64,000 nt of DNA, from positions 928,001-992,000 of the forward strand of contig OZ251219.1 of the NCBI GenBank assembly GCA_965240465.1, read 5' to 3'. Shown here in pieces: positions 41,037-51,138 of the stretch; positions within the stretch are counted from its first letter, which is position 1, and the number at the start of each line of letters is the position of its first letter. Source of the DNA: a bacterium. Its GTDB lineage: Bacteria; SAR324; JACQKK01. Made by a program: the position numbers and the translations under genes. Under the pieces are notes generated by a model that was not told where the DNA came from, did not search any database, and saw nothing but the letters and a program-made list of their open reading frames with translations.

Positions 41037-41609
41037 GTGTACGGTACCTCTGATATCCGCAAGGGGTTGAAAATAGAAATAGATGGTAGTCCCTACACGG
41101 TGATTGAATTTCAGTTCGTCAAGCCGGGAAAGGGCAATGCCTTCACCCGCTGTAAAATTAAGAACATGCTCACAGGTTCAGTGTTGGATCGTACTTGGAA
41201 ATCTGGCGAAAGGCTGAAACCCGCTCAACTAACCGAACGCCGCATGCAGTTCTTGTACAAGGATGGGGAAGATTGGACTTTTATGGACCAAACCAGCTTT
41301 GAACAATATGTACTGAATGATAAAGAAGTAGGCGATGAAGCACGCTTCTTGTTGGAAAATACCGAAACAGATGTCCTACTATTCAATGAGCGTCCTATGA
41401 GCATCTCATTGCCGAATTTTGTAGAATTGGAAGTCGCCGAAACCAACCCCGGCGTACGAGGAGATACGGTTTCCGGAGGTCGCAAGCCAGCTACTTTGAG
41501 CACTGGGACTGTCATTCAAGTTCCCTTGTTTATCAACCAAGGGGAGGTGCTTAAGATAGATACCCGTAACGGAGAGTACGTAGAACGCATCAAGCAAGCT
41601 GCTAACTAG
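41037..41609 (+). CDS. efp: Elongation factor P
   Basis: FVKPGKGNAF, PGVRGDT, QVPLFINQGE..IDTR. Confidence 0.97.
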   Translation: MYGTSDIRKGLKIEIDGSPYTVIEFQFVKPGKGNAFTRCKIKNMLTGSVLDRTWKSGERLKPAQLTERRMQFLYKDGEDWTFMDQTSFEQYVLNDKEVGDEARFLLENTETDVLLFNERPMSISLPNFVELEVAETNPGVRGDTVSGGRKPATLSTGTVIQVPLFINQGEVLKIDTRNGEYVERIKQAAN

Positions 41610-41621
41610 TTTATCCTGCGT

Positions 41622-42083
41622 TCATGGGTGGCAGCGAAATAAAAATCCCCATTGAGGCTGAAAAACCACTAACACTACGATTATAATCATCAGTATGGTA
41701 GGAATTTCGTTCATCCAGCGAAATGCCTTCTCTGAAAGAGTGGACTGTCCATTGGTTAGCCTTTTAAGAAAGACTGCTGCCAACAAATGGATAACTAATA
41801 TGCCCATGACTGCCAAAAGTTTCAAAGCCAGCCAACTCGGTAACCAAAATTGGCAGCCCCTTATCAATACCAGCATACCTCCGCTTAACAAACTCACTAA
41901 GGCTGCTGGGGTCGCAATGATCCTCAAGAGGCGTGACTCCATCACTAAAAAACGCTCCCTGATTGCTGCATTAGCCTCGCCGCGGTGATAGACAAGGAGG
42001 CGGTAAAGATATAGCAAACCAGCCATCCAAGAAATCACTGCCACTATGTGTAACGCCTTGAGGGCTAGGTAGGTATTTAACAT
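41622..42083 (-). CDS. hemJ: Protoporphyrinogen oxidase HemJ
   Basis: KALHIVAVISWMAGLLYLYRL, MESRL, FRWMNEIPT. Confidence 0.9.
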   Translation of the reverse strand: MLNTYLALKALHIVAVISWMAGLLYLYRLLVYHRGEANAAIRERFLVMESRLLRIIATPAALVSLLSGGMLVLIRGCQFWLPSWLALKLLAVMGILVIHLLAAVFLKRLTNGQSTLSEKAFRWMNEIPTILMIIIVVLVVFQPQWGFLFRCHP

Positions 42084-42286
42084 TGCCAGTAATTAGAAAT
42101 ATCCTCAGTAAGATCGGAGTTGCGTTCAAGCATCTTTCATTTTCTACTGAATTGGGTTATAATTGCCAAAGGTAGACGGCTGAGGATAAGCAAAAGGAGC
42201 GGATGAGAAGGTTGGGTGTGGGTGAGAGGAGGAAAAGGTGTGTTCCTCGTGGATGCTAGCATGCCAGCGGGGGTGAGGCAAAAATA

Positions 42287-42516
42287 GGAGGCAGGAACAA
42301 AGGAGGCAGAAGCAAAGGAGGCAGAAGCAAAGGAAGCAGAAGCAAAGGAGGCAGAAGCAAAGGAGGCAGAAGCAAAGGAGGCAGGAACAAAGGAGGCAGG
42401 AACAAAGGAGGCAGGAACAAAGGAGGCAAGAACAAAGGAGGTAGGAACAAAGGAGGCAAGAACAAAGGAGGTAGGAACAAAGGAGGCAAGAACAAAGGAG
42501 GCAGGAACAAAGGAGG
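42287..42516. repeat. 15-bp tandem repeat x15 in the hemJ/aroA divergent region
   Basis: GGAGGCAGGAACAAA and variants. Confidence 0.95.
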
Positions 42517-42574
42517 TGTTAGGCGTTAGACGATAGCGATTATCGCTGATTGCGTTTAGGCGAGAAGTGAATAA

Positions 42575-44005
42575 ATGGAATCCCAATCTTTGGCATCAGC
42601 TACCTCTTTGGATGTTTCTCCTGTTATCAAGCTCAATCCGATTGCCAGTATATCAGGACAGATTGACTTACCCGGTTCCAAAAGCATTGCCAATCGTATG
42701 CTATTGCTGGCAGCTATGGCTGAGGGGGAGACTAAGCTGACAAACGTTCCCCATGGGGATGATGTCCAATTGATGATACAGGCACTTTGTCAGCTGGGGG
42801 TAGGCATCACAAGGATTAGCGAGGGGGAATGTTGCGAGGATGTGGTGATCAGCGGATTAGGCGGAAAATGGCCTGCAGGGAAGCATCGTTTGGAGGTAGG
42901 CAATGCGGGTACGGTCATGCGTTCTTTAGCGGCCGCCTTGTGTTATGGGGAGGGGCGATATGAATTATATGGCACAGAACGCATGCATGAGCGTCCATTG
43001 GTGGGATTGATGGAAGGGCTACGCCAATTAGGGGTTCAGTCTACATATTTTAAGCGGGCTTTATATCCGCCACTAGCAGTGGGAAGAGCAACTAAGGAGG
43101 GTGTCCGCTTGCTGAGCGGAGGAGACATTTGGATCAGCGGGTCACAAAGTAGCCAGTTTGTATCATCGGCGTTAATGGCTATTCCGCTGGGAGGAAAGCC
43201 TGTCAGGCTGAATTTGGTGGGTGATTTAGTTTCTCGCCCCTATGTAGCAATGACCATCAGCCTGATGGATAGCTTTGGGGTGCAAGTAGGAGGGGGAACA
43301 GACAAATGTTTTGAAATAGATGGCGGACAACATTATCGTGCTGCAGGTGAGATGCAAGTAGAGGGAGATGCTTCATCGGCATCTTATTTTTTGGCGGGGG
43401 CAGCCATCAGCGGTGGCGACGTGACAGTCACAGGCTGCGGTTTGAATAGCATGCAAGGTGACATTAGATTTGCCAAAGTGTTGGAAAAAATGGGGGCTTT
43501 GGTCCAATGGGGTGATAATTGGGTAAGGGTGAGGGGAAAGGGAAGGGGAATGGAAAAGCGAAGGCTCTTATCCTATCGGTATGATAGTGAAAAACCCCTC
43601 CAAGGAATTGATGTCAACATGGTGAACATGCCAGATGTCGCCATAACCCTAGCGGTGATCGCCCTATTCTCAGAGGGGAGTACTACCATCCGCGGAATAG
43701 GCAACTGGCGATTGAAGGAAAGCAATCGCATGCAAGCTGTGACAAATGAACTTACAAAACTAGGAGCTAAAGTATTGGTAAGCAAAGACAAAATGATAAT
43801 TCAACCGCCAGAAGAAGTAGAAGAAGTAGCAATGATTGAAACTTACCAAGATCATCGCATTGCCATGTCATTTTCTTTAGTTCCCTGTGCAGGGATAGAG
43901 GTACTCATCCAGAACCCCATCTGTGTTTCCAAAACTTTTCCCCATTTCTTTGAAAAACTATTTGAAATGGCTGTCTTTGTAGAAACAGAACCACAAACTC
44001 TATAG
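42575..44005 (+). CDS. aroA: 3-phosphoshikimate 1-carboxyvinyltransferase
   Basis: LPGSKSIANR, GNAGT, SSQFVS, EGDASSASY, RLKESNR, DHRIAM, KTFP. Confidence 0.96.
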   Translation: MESQSLASATSLDVSPVIKLNPIASISGQIDLPGSKSIANRMLLLAAMAEGETKLTNVPHGDDVQLMIQALCQLGVGITRISEGECCEDVVISGLGGKWPAGKHRLEVGNAGTVMRSLAAALCYGEGRYELYGTERMHERPLVGLMEGLRQLGVQSTYFKRALYPPLAVGRATKEGVRLLSGGDIWISGSQSSQFVSSALMAIPLGGKPVRLNLVGDLVSRPYVAMTISLMDSFGVQVGGGTDKCFEIDGGQHYRAAGEMQVEGDASSASYFLAGAAISGGDVTVTGCGLNSMQGDIRFAKVLEKMGALVQWGDNWVRVRGKGRGMEKRRLLSYRYDSEKPLQGIDVNMVNMPDVAITLAVIALFSEGSTTIRGIGNWRLKESNRMQAVTNELTKLGAKVLVSKDKMIIQPPEEVEEVAMIETYQDHRIAMSFSLVPCAGIEVLIQNPICVSKTFPHFFEKLFEMAVFVETEPQTL

Positions 44006-44018
44006 TCGTGGCTACTAC

Positions 44019-45146
44019 TCAGAGCAACCTTTTTACTTGGGATTTAATTTCTTTGATACACCGATCAATATGTTCGGGTTGTACTCCATATCCCCAGCTG
44101 ATGCGTACGGAGGCTTGTACTTTTTCCTTCGGTAGTCCCATGCTGATGAGTACTTGGCTGGGTTCTTGTGCTCCCGAACTACATGCCGAACCCGAAGAAA
44201 TGGCAATGCCATTCAGGTCTAAGGCTACCACCAGATTCTCTGCTGATATTCCTTCTATCCCGCCATTAAAAGTGTTCGGCAAACGGGTTGCTTGCTTGCC
44301 ATTAATGAAAAATCCGGGCAAAGAAGCCAGCCCTTCTTCCAACTGAGCCCCCAAGCTCACCATGCGAGCACGCCATGATTCTAATCGGGACAGTTGCCAG
44401 ATAGCTGCCCCAGCAAATCCTGCTGCCAGCATAACTGCTTCTGAGCCTGCCCGACGATTGCGTTCTTGGCGTCCTCCTCTAATGAGAGGTAGGGGTTCTT
44501 TCTTGGCTTTAGCTACCAGAGCACCAATTCCTTTGGGACCTCCCAATTTATGAGCTGAGACACTCAACATATCTACTCCCCAATCTTGCCAAGGTAGGGG
44601 CATTCGTCCCCAAGCTTGCACGGCATCGGTATGAAAAATAACCTGAGGATGTTCTTTCAGTAGCTCTCCTATTTGGGCTAAGGGCTGTACCACCCCTGTT
44701 TCGTTATTGGCTGCCATCACCGACAGCAGGCGGGTGTGCGATGTCAGAAGCGGGGGTAGTGCCTCCACACAAACTTTCCCATTATCATCAACAGGAAGCC
44801 AAGCTACTTCTACCCCCTGATCCTTCAGCCAATGACAGGTCTCCTGAATGGCAGGATGCTCAATGACAGAGGTAATCAGTCTTATGGGACGCTCAGCCGA
44901 TGCCAACCAAGCCAAAGCGGTGTTATCGGATTCGCTACCGCCGCTGGTAAATATCAGCTCACTGCGGGCACAGCCCAAAACTGAGGCAATGTCCTCCCTA
45001 GCGTACTCCAGAGCAGCGCGGGCTTGCTGTCCAAAGATGTGTGGGCTGGAGGGATTCCCCCAGTACTGCCGAGCCGCCTGCATTCGCTGTTGAGCCTCAT
45101 CAAGCAGGGGGGCGGTGGCATTGTAATCCAGATAAACATTATCCAT
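44019..45146 (-). CDS. Cysteine desulfurase (IscS/NifS family)
   Basis: YLDYNATAP, GNPSS, FTSGGSE, SAHKLGGPKG, SSGSAC. Confidence 0.94.
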   Translation of the reverse strand: MDNVYLDYNATAPLLDEAQQRMQAARQYWGNPSSPHIFGQQARAALEYAREDIASVLGCARSELIFTSGGSESDNTALAWLASAERPIRLITSVIEHPAIQETCHWLKDQGVEVAWLPVDDNGKVCVEALPPLLTSHTRLLSVMAANNETGVVQPLAQIGELLKEHPQVIFHTDAVQAWGRMPLPWQDWGVDMLSVSAHKLGGPKGIGALVAKAKKEPLPLIRGGRQERNRRAGSEAVMLAAGFAGAAIWQLSRLESWRARMVSLGAQLEEGLASLPGFFINGKQATRLPNTFNGGIEGISAENLVVALDLNGIAISSGSACSSGAQEPSQVLISMGLPKEKVQASVRISWGYGVQPEHIDRCIKEIKSQVKRLL

Positions 45147-45175
45147 TGGTCGCTCGGCTCAAAAGGCTATAATCC

Positions 45176-46525
45176 TCAGCGAGTCACAAATACCAAAAAG
45201 CGAGTACTATTTGCTGGCAGACTCAGTTTGCCGAGCTCTTTCTTGCCCACGGATTTTCCTTGTGCATCCAGCAGTTCGGCTTGCAGTTTATGCTCCCCAG
45301 CAGGTAGCCAGAATTGAGCAAAGAGAATCTTATCCGGCAGGGTACGCCAAGAACGCAGATCGGCTCCTTCTAGTATCCAATTTCCCAGGGCGGTGAAAAG
45401 CTGTGCAGCATCTTTGTCTATCGCCCCCGCTACGCCATATCTGGCTATTTGGCGGGTTACTGACTTGGATATAATCAAGGGCTGATGATCCTCCAAATTC
45501 TTGATGGCAATATTTCCAGTGGGATGAACAACCTCGCTAGTAGTAATAAGCTGATCATCGGCTAGTATACGCGATCCATGTACTCTATAATCGCGAGTGC
45601 GGTACGTAGGCAGTGCTATATCAAGAAACAAACCATTCTTGATGGCGTAAGGAATTCGGTATTCTTCCTTGATAGGGGCTTTGCCAGCAAAGTGAAAAAC
45701 ATAAACTGTTGCCAGTGCTCTTCTTTGAGAGAGAGTAAATACTTTTTGCTCGGGAAAACGATCCCGCCAGATTTTAAATTGACTTCTTCCTAAAATAGGA
45801 GCGGTAGCCAGCAAATTGGCTTTTAAGGCAGAAGGGGGACCTACCCCGAAATGCTGACCAAATTTTCCCTGATATAAATTAAAGGAATTCCTGTTGGTGA
45901 TCAAGGCGTCATTTATATCAGAGCGTATTTTTCCCCATTCATAGAAAATGCCGTTCAGCATGCGAGCAAAGGCATCCTCTTGATAACGGGCTTTTAATAT
46001 CCCTCCCCGCTTACTGTGAATATAATTTAGCTTTTCATTCAGCTTGCGACTTTCTACCTGCGCGGACTCTCTATTACCCAACTGAGCAAAACTGAGAGCC
46101 TTGTAGACATTGATCATCACATCTTCAAAATCTTCTCCCGCATAGGTGACCACTTTATCATTGACAACCAAAGAAGCTGCTTGCTCAGAAATTGATTTCT
46201 GAAACAATTCATCAATGCGGCGTTCAGCCTCATGAAAAACATCAATACTTTCTGTGTGACGCCCTTGATAATGCAATAACGTACCCCGGTCTAGCAACCA
46301 AAGGACCCTATCGCGGCTACCATAAATGCTACGGTTTTTTTCTACTAATTGGTGGGCCTTGGCATATTTTTCACTTGCCAGCAGGGGTTCAATCTTTTGC
46401 TGTATTCTGCTCGATCCCGCACACCCGCCACCAATCCAAAGCCCCGCTAGCAAAAGAGGAAATAAAAACCTCCCTACCAGATACTTTGAAAAGTACCAAT
46501 CAAATCGCAAATAAGAGATGCTCAT
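45176..46525 (-). CDS. COG3014-like TPR lipoprotein
   Basis: Lipobox GGGC, YAGEDFE, ADLRSWRTLP; follows lpoB. Confidence 0.75.
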   Translation of the reverse strand: MSISYLRFDWYFSKYLVGRFLFPLLLAGLWIGGGCAGSSRIQQKIEPLLASEKYAKAHQLVEKNRSIYGSRDRVLWLLDRGTLLHYQGRHTESIDVFHEAERRIDELFQKSISEQAASLVVNDKVVTYAGEDFEDVMINVYKALSFAQLGNRESAQVESRKLNEKLNYIHSKRGGILKARYQEDAFARMLNGIFYEWGKIRSDINDALITNRNSFNLYQGKFGQHFGVGPPSALKANLLATAPILGRSQFKIWRDRFPEQKVFTLSQRRALATVYVFHFAGKAPIKEEYRIPYAIKNGLFLDIALPTYRTRDYRVHGSRILADDQLITTSEVVHPTGNIAIKNLEDHQPLIISKSVTRQIARYGVAGAIDKDAAQLFTALGNWILEGADLRSWRTLPDKILFAQFWLPAGEHKLQAELLDAQGKSVGKKELGKLSLPANSTRFLVFVTR

Positions 46526-46569
46526 CCAGCAATGCCCCCCTTATTATGTAGCTTGACAGTTCCTCAAGA

Positions 46570-47205
46570 CTATAATCCTGCCCTTCTGCGTTTGATAAAT
46601 TTCTTGATCTTCTTTTCACCAATCCAGCTTTTAACATTGCTCTCCACATTGATTAGCTCCAAATTGACCTGATAAAATACTATCTCCCGCTTGCCCTCGC
46701 GATCATTAATGCTGTTCACCTCGCCTGTCAGTACAAAATCTGCCCCCAATTCCTTGCCGATCCCAGCTGGATCTCTTGTTAACCCAGTATTTTGTTCTGC
46801 TCTTTCTTCACGCACACTTAAACGCTGACTCTTATCGGCAACCACCGTTACCTTGCCAGACTTCAAGAAGGCACGCTCTAAGTCTTTAACAAAGGTCTTA
46901 GTATTAATATGCTCGCTAGAACGATTAGACACCCCATAGGCAATCACCACAGGTTGAGTACCATAACGCTGCTCCCATTGTGTAATCCAAGGCCAGGAAA
47001 GACTGTCGCGTATCATTTCTTCAGACACCAAGCGGGAATCGGTATCATTCCATTTGCCACTGAGGTCAATGCTTTCCTCAGCACCAACCCGAGTAACCTT
47101 CTTGCCCGCACAAGCAGAAACATTAAACAATAGACTTAGGCAGGTCACACCGAGTAGCACAGTATTTAGAAACTTCGCACCTGAAAATATAGTCGCTATG
47201 TTCAT
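46570..47205 (-). CDS. lpoB: Penicillin-binding protein activator LpoB family lipoprotein
   Basis: Lipobox SAC, DLSGKWNDTD, NRSSEHI, GADFVLTG. Confidence 0.82.
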   Translation of the reverse strand: MNIATIFSGAKFLNTVLLGVTCLSLLFNVSACAGKKVTRVGAEESIDLSGKWNDTDSRLVSEEMIRDSLSWPWITQWEQRYGTQPVVIAYGVSNRSSEHINTKTFVKDLERAFLKSGKVTVVADKSQRLSVREERAEQNTGLTRDPAGIGKELGADFVLTGEVNSINDREGKREIVFYQVNLELINVESNVKSWIGEKKIKKFIKRRRAGL

Positions 47206-47319
47206 GGAGTATTCTCTTGGAAAAAATTGCTGAAAAATAATCTTCTAACACTCAAAATCACCTAAGCCCATTTGATAGCACATGTAGATATGAAAAACAA
47301 AAACTCAGCCATTTGTTTT

Positions 47320-48336
47320 TCAACAGGCATTAATAAAATGTTCTAGGTTGGTTTTGTGAGGGCTAATTTGAATGGAAATAACATCAAAGCGGGCTTGGAA
47401 TTTATCCCATAGATCGTGCTCAGTGAGGTAAAGTTCGCCCAGTTTGCGTAGCTGGGCTTGCTTGGCGGGGGTGACGGAAAGGCTGGGGTGAGTTAGATTA
47501 TTGGTACGTGTTTTAACTTCTACAAAGACTAAATACTCATCTTTTTCAGCTATTATATCTAGCTCGCCCTTGCCCAGTCGTACATTGCGGCCGTGAATGC
47601 GATATCCTTGGGAGAGCAGGTAGATTTCAGCATGGGATTCTCCCATTTTACCGATGCTTTGTCTCGGGTCAGCTGGCGATGATTGCGGTGATCGGGAAGC
47701 TGGCGATTTAGTCTCGCGGGATTGATTTTGCAAGCCAACAGGGATCTTCTTTAAGAAAGAGTTCCGATGAATAGGACAGGTTCCATGCCGAAGAATTGCC
47801 TGACGGTGAGCTGCGGTGGGGTATCCTTTATGCTGGGTAAAATTCCACTGCGGCCAATATTTATGAGCTAGGTGCATCAAGTGGTCGCGGGTGGTTTTGG
47901 CGATGATGGAAGCCGCTGCAATGGAATTACTGAGGTTGTCTCCCTTGATGATTGTTTCCCCAGGGCAGGGGATATCAGGAGATTGATTGCCATCTATCAG
48001 GGCATAATCTGGCAAAATGGATAAGCTGGATACAGCACGCTCCATAGCAAGCAGGGTAGCTCTGAGGATGTTAAGGCGGTCAATTTCTGCTGGTGAAGAG
48101 AGGCGTACCGACCAAGCTAGAGACTTTTGTTTGATTTCGCCTGCCAAGCGTTCTCGCTGAGAAGCGGAGATCTTTTTACTATCTGCTAAGGGTAGCGATG
48201 AATACCAATCGGGATGCAACACTACGGCGGCTGCCACTACCGGCCCGGCCAGGGGACCGCGTCCGGCTTCGTCTATGCCGGCTACTCGGGGTAGGTTTTT
48301 TTGCCAGAGGGATTTTTCTAGCTGGAAATCAGGCAT
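47320..48336 (-). CDS. rnhB: Ribonuclease HII fused to a YraN-family nuclease
   Basis: [29 protein letters not shown]; after a S/P linker GKMGE..A..YL, GELDIIA, FVEVKTR, RFDVI, HFINA. Confidence 0.93.
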   Translation of the reverse strand: MPDFQLEKSLWQKNLPRVAGIDEAGRGPLAGPVVAAAVVLHPDWYSSLPLADSKKISASQRERLAGEIKQKSLAWSVRLSSPAEIDRLNILRATLLAMERAVSSLSILPDYALIDGNQSPDIPCPGETIIKGDNLSNSIAAASIIAKTTRDHLMHLAHKYWPQWNFTQHKGYPTAAHRQAILRHGTCPIHRNSFLKKIPVGLQNQSRETKSPASRSPQSSPADPRQSIGKMGESHAEIYLLSQGYRIHGRNVRLGKGELDIIAEKDEYLVFVEVKTRTNNLTHPSLSVTPAKQAQLRKLGELYLTEHDLWDKFQARFDVISIQISPHKTNLEHFINAC

Positions 48337-48685
48337 TAATTTCGCGCAGGCGGGCTTTTCTTCCCTTTAGAGCACGTAGATAATACAGCTTAGCTCGCCT
48401 TATGCGTCCTTGACTCTTAACAACGATGCTTTCAATCAGGGGAGAGTGCAGAGAAAATTGGCGTTCTACGCCATATCCCTGAGATACCTTACGCACGGTG
48501 AACATGGCATCTAAGTGTGCTTTACGCCGATGACAGCAAAGTACCACGCCCTCAAATGCTTGAACTCGTTTCTTTTCTCCCTCCCGAATCCAATAGTTCA
48601 CCTGTACTTTTGCTCCGACGGGAGGAGGAGTAACGTCATCACGGCGATGAGTTTCATCTATCCATTGCATGAGGGAATTTTTCAT
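48329..48685 (-). CDS. rplS: 50S ribosomal protein L19
   Basis: [32 protein letters not shown]. Confidence 0.96.
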   Translation of the reverse strand: MKNSLMQWIDETHRRDDVTPPPVGAKVQVNYWIREGEKKRVQAFEGVVLCCHRRKAHLDAMFTVRKVSQGYGVERQFSLHSPLIESIVVKSQGRIRRAKLYYLRALKGRKARLREINA

Positions 48686-48740
48686 ATCGGTTGTGGGGAT
48701 TGCGATTGCCAAGACTAATGCGGGTGGGGGGGGGTCAGGA

Positions 48741-49550
48741 TTAATTAGGGTCGCGAGCCTTAGGAACACCAGCGGAATTCATTGTTTCCTTATCGCACTT
48801 TGGAGGGGAGGATGGCAAGTGTTTTTTGTTCTTCTTGGCTTTAGTCAAAGGAGGCTCAGCAAGTAGGTCGGGTCTTCTTTGGGCGGTGCGTTGCAGGGCT
48901 TGCTGCCTACGCCAGTGCCTGATCTGCTGATGATTACCAGAAAGTAGAATATCGGGTACGCACTCCCCTTGAAATATCTCAGGGCGGGTATATTGAGGAT
49001 ATTCCAATAGCTGATTATTAAAACTTTCTTCTTTGGTAGAATCAGGATTGCCCAATACCCCGGGCACCAGACGCACTACCGTTTCTATTATTGCCAGCGA
49101 GGGAGCTTCTCCACCTTGGCAAATGAAATCCCCCAGTGAAAGTTCTTCGTCCACCAATTGAGTGCGAATTCGTTCATCAAAACCCTCATAGCGACCGCAA
49201 ATAAGGGTAAGCACTTGGCTAGAATTCGCATAACCCTGGGCGGTAGGCTGATTAAAAATTCGTCCTTGTGGAGTAAGGAGCACCCGCCAAAGCTGTCGTT
49301 TATCAAGAGCATGCTTTTGGGCAATAGCTTCTAAGGCTGAGGCTAGCACATCGGCTTTTAATACCATGCCCGCTCCTCCCCCGTAGGGGGTATCATCCAC
49401 CGCCCGGTAGCGTCCGATACCAAAATCACGCAGCGAAGTAATACCCAATTGCAACTGCTTTTGCTCCAAGGCACGCTTGATAATCCCGCATTCTGCAAAA
49501 GGAGCAAATAACTGAGGAAATAAAGTGAGAATTTCTATGTAAATAGGCAA
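48741..49550 (-). CDS. trmD: tRNA (guanine37-N1)-methyltransferase
   Basis: VDDTPYGGGAGMV, CGRYEGFDER, LLEYPQYTRP. Confidence 0.97.
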   Translation of the reverse strand: MPIYIEILTLFPQLFAPFAECGIIKRALEQKQLQLGITSLRDFGIGRYRAVDDTPYGGGAGMVLKADVLASALEAIAQKHALDKRQLWRVLLTPQGRIFNQPTAQGYANSSQVLTLICGRYEGFDERIRTQLVDEELSLGDFICQGGEAPSLAIIETVVRLVPGVLGNPDSTKEESFNNQLLEYPQYTRPEIFQGECVPDILLSGNHQQIRHWRRQQALQRTAQRRPDLLAEPPLTKAKKNKKHLPSSPPKCDKETMNSAGVPKARDPN

Positions 49551-49568
49551 GATTTTATCCCTCGCAAT

Positions 49569-50111
49569 TTATTTTTCTTTCTTATTATCCTCTTCTTCTT
49601 CCATGCCGGGCAGGGGATGGAAAATCAGAGAGTTCTCTTTGATATTAACCTGAGGAAATAATTCTTTGGTAAAGGGTGCCAGCAGAGGTTCCCCTTTGTC
49701 CCGAGAAATTTCCAGCACCTGTTGATGAGCAGAAGAATGAAGTCCTTTTACATAGCCAATGATGCAACCAGCAGGGTTAATCACTTGACAGCCGATCAGG
49801 TCATGGCAAAGGTACTCATTTTCGGCTAGCGGTTTTAGATGCTCAGAAGGTAATAGCAGTTCTTGGCCTTTCAATTTTTCGGCTTGCTCCAGAGTGTCCA
49901 AGTCTTTCAGCTGTAAGTACCATTGATCGTTATAAAGGCGGATATGCTGTATCTCAAAGGTCTGCAGGAACTCCCCAGTGTCAATAATCAGTGAACTGAG
50001 CTGGAGGTAATAATCGGGGTAGGGCGTAAGAGGTACCGCACACAAGCAACCTTTCAAGCCGTGAGTTCCCCTCACCCTCCCAATACACACCAGTTGATCG
50101 CGGTCAAACAC
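49569..50111 (-). CDS. rimM: Ribosome maturation factor RimM
   Basis: IGRVRGTHGLKG, EYLCHDLIGC; synteny with rpsP and trmD. Confidence 0.93.
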   Translation of the reverse strand: MFDRDQLVCIGRVRGTHGLKGCLCAVPLTPYPDYYLQLSSLIIDTGEFLQTFEIQHIRLYNDQWYLQLKDLDTLEQAEKLKGQELLLPSEHLKPLAENEYLCHDLIGCQVINPAGCIIGYVKGLHSSAHQQVLEISRDKGEPLLAPFTKELFPQVNIKENSLIFHPLPGMEEEEDNKKEK

Positions 50112-50207
50112 CTAGCTTAATCCTTAACGCAACACTCAAAAGCAGGTCGGCAAGATAGTTAAATAACAGCTTAAGAAACTGATAGGATCTCGGTTGCTAC
50201 CAGTTTA

Positions 50208-50885
50208 TTAGACTTTCTCGGTGGATTCTTCTTTTACTTCTGTTTTTTCCTCAGGCTTTGCTTCAGTTTGTTCTTCGGTTCTTACTTTAGGTGGGGTGTC
50301 GGCTTTGGTTTCAGTAGCCTTGGTTTCGGTAGCTTTGGTTTCAGTAGCCTTGGTTTCGGTAGCTTTGGTTTCAGTAGCCTTGGTTTCGGTAGCTTTGGTT
50401 TCGGTAGCCTTGGTTTCAGTAGCCTTGGTTTCAGTAGCCTTGGTTTCGGTAGCTTTGGTTTCAGTAGCCTTGGTTTCAGTAGCCTTGGTTTCAGTAGCCT
50501 TGGTTTCAGTAGCCTTGGTTTCGGTAGCCTTGGTTTCGGTAGAGGTGGTTTCTTTAGTCTTGCTAGCTGCCGTGATAGAAGATTTATCAGGGGGAGCAGA
50601 TTTTGGTTTTCGTTTTTTGGTGGCAGGGGGCAGAATACGATCGTGCTTAATGCTATGTAGCTCTAGTAGTCGACTAACTCTCTGACTGGGCTGAGCACCG
50701 ACATCCATCCAGTATTTGGCACGCTCGGTATTGATTTGGCTCTTGTTATCTTCCAGCAGAGGATTGTAACTTCCCAGTCTTTCTATGAAGCGGCCATCTC
50801 TGGGTGCCGAACGCTCTTGTACTACTATGCGAAAGAATGGGCGACTTTTGCGTCCTCCTCGTGCCATCCGAATGCTTAACGACAT
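50208..50885 (-). CDS. rpsP: 30S ribosomal protein S16 with long repetitive C-terminal extension
   Basis: IRMARGG, PFFRIVV, PRDGRFIERLGSYNP, GAQPS; then (TETKA)16. Confidence 0.96.
   Translation of the reverse strand: MSLSIRMARGGRKSRPFFRIVVQERSAPRDGRFIERLGSYNPLLEDNKSQINTERAKYWMDVGAQPSQRVSRLLELHSIKHDRILPPATKKRKPKSAPPDKSSITAASKTKETTSTETKATETKATETKATETKATETKATETKATETKATETKATETKATETKATETKATETKATETKATETKATETKATETKADTPPKVRTEEQTEAKPEEKTEVKEESTEKV
50301..50540. repeat. 15-bp in-frame tandem repeat x16 in rpsP
   Basis: AGC(C/T)TTGGTTTC(A/G)GT units. Confidence 0.97.
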
Positions 50886-51066
50886 AAAAACTTACTCCTT
50901 AATGTGAAAATAAAGCTAGAAGATAACAGATATTTGTTCAAATTTGGTTTCTGTTTTGCCTCAGGCGATGTTAGTCCAATTAGTTAGGATAGAAAATCAA
51001 GGCTATGTTTTATGGACGGAGAAGTCAAATACTATGATTTTGATCAATTGAATAGCAGGAGAATAT

Positions 51067-51096
51067 TTGACAATCTCAGCTAGCAACAGCCATAGT
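51067..51096 (+). promoter_or_regulatory. Possible sigma70 promoter for hisS
   Basis: TTGACA-18 nt-CATAGT, about 40 nt before the ATG. Confidence 0.4.
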
Positions 51097-51138
51097 TGAG
51101 CGATGATGTCGCCTATTTTTTGTTGTTGATTCAATGTT

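Noticed and set aside
40661-41062. Overlapping 133-aa (-) and 84-aa (+) low-complexity ORFs
   Set aside because: Explained by the purine-rich repeat; a small charged peptide cannot be excluded but is unsupported
42137-42586. 149-aa and 84-aa minus-strand ORFs (ASFVP and LPPLF repeats)
   Set aside because: Open frames produced by the 15-bp array; no supporting features
50221-50685. Plus-strand ORFs (SVALV and GFSSL repeats)
   Set aside because: Antisense shadows of the rpsP tail
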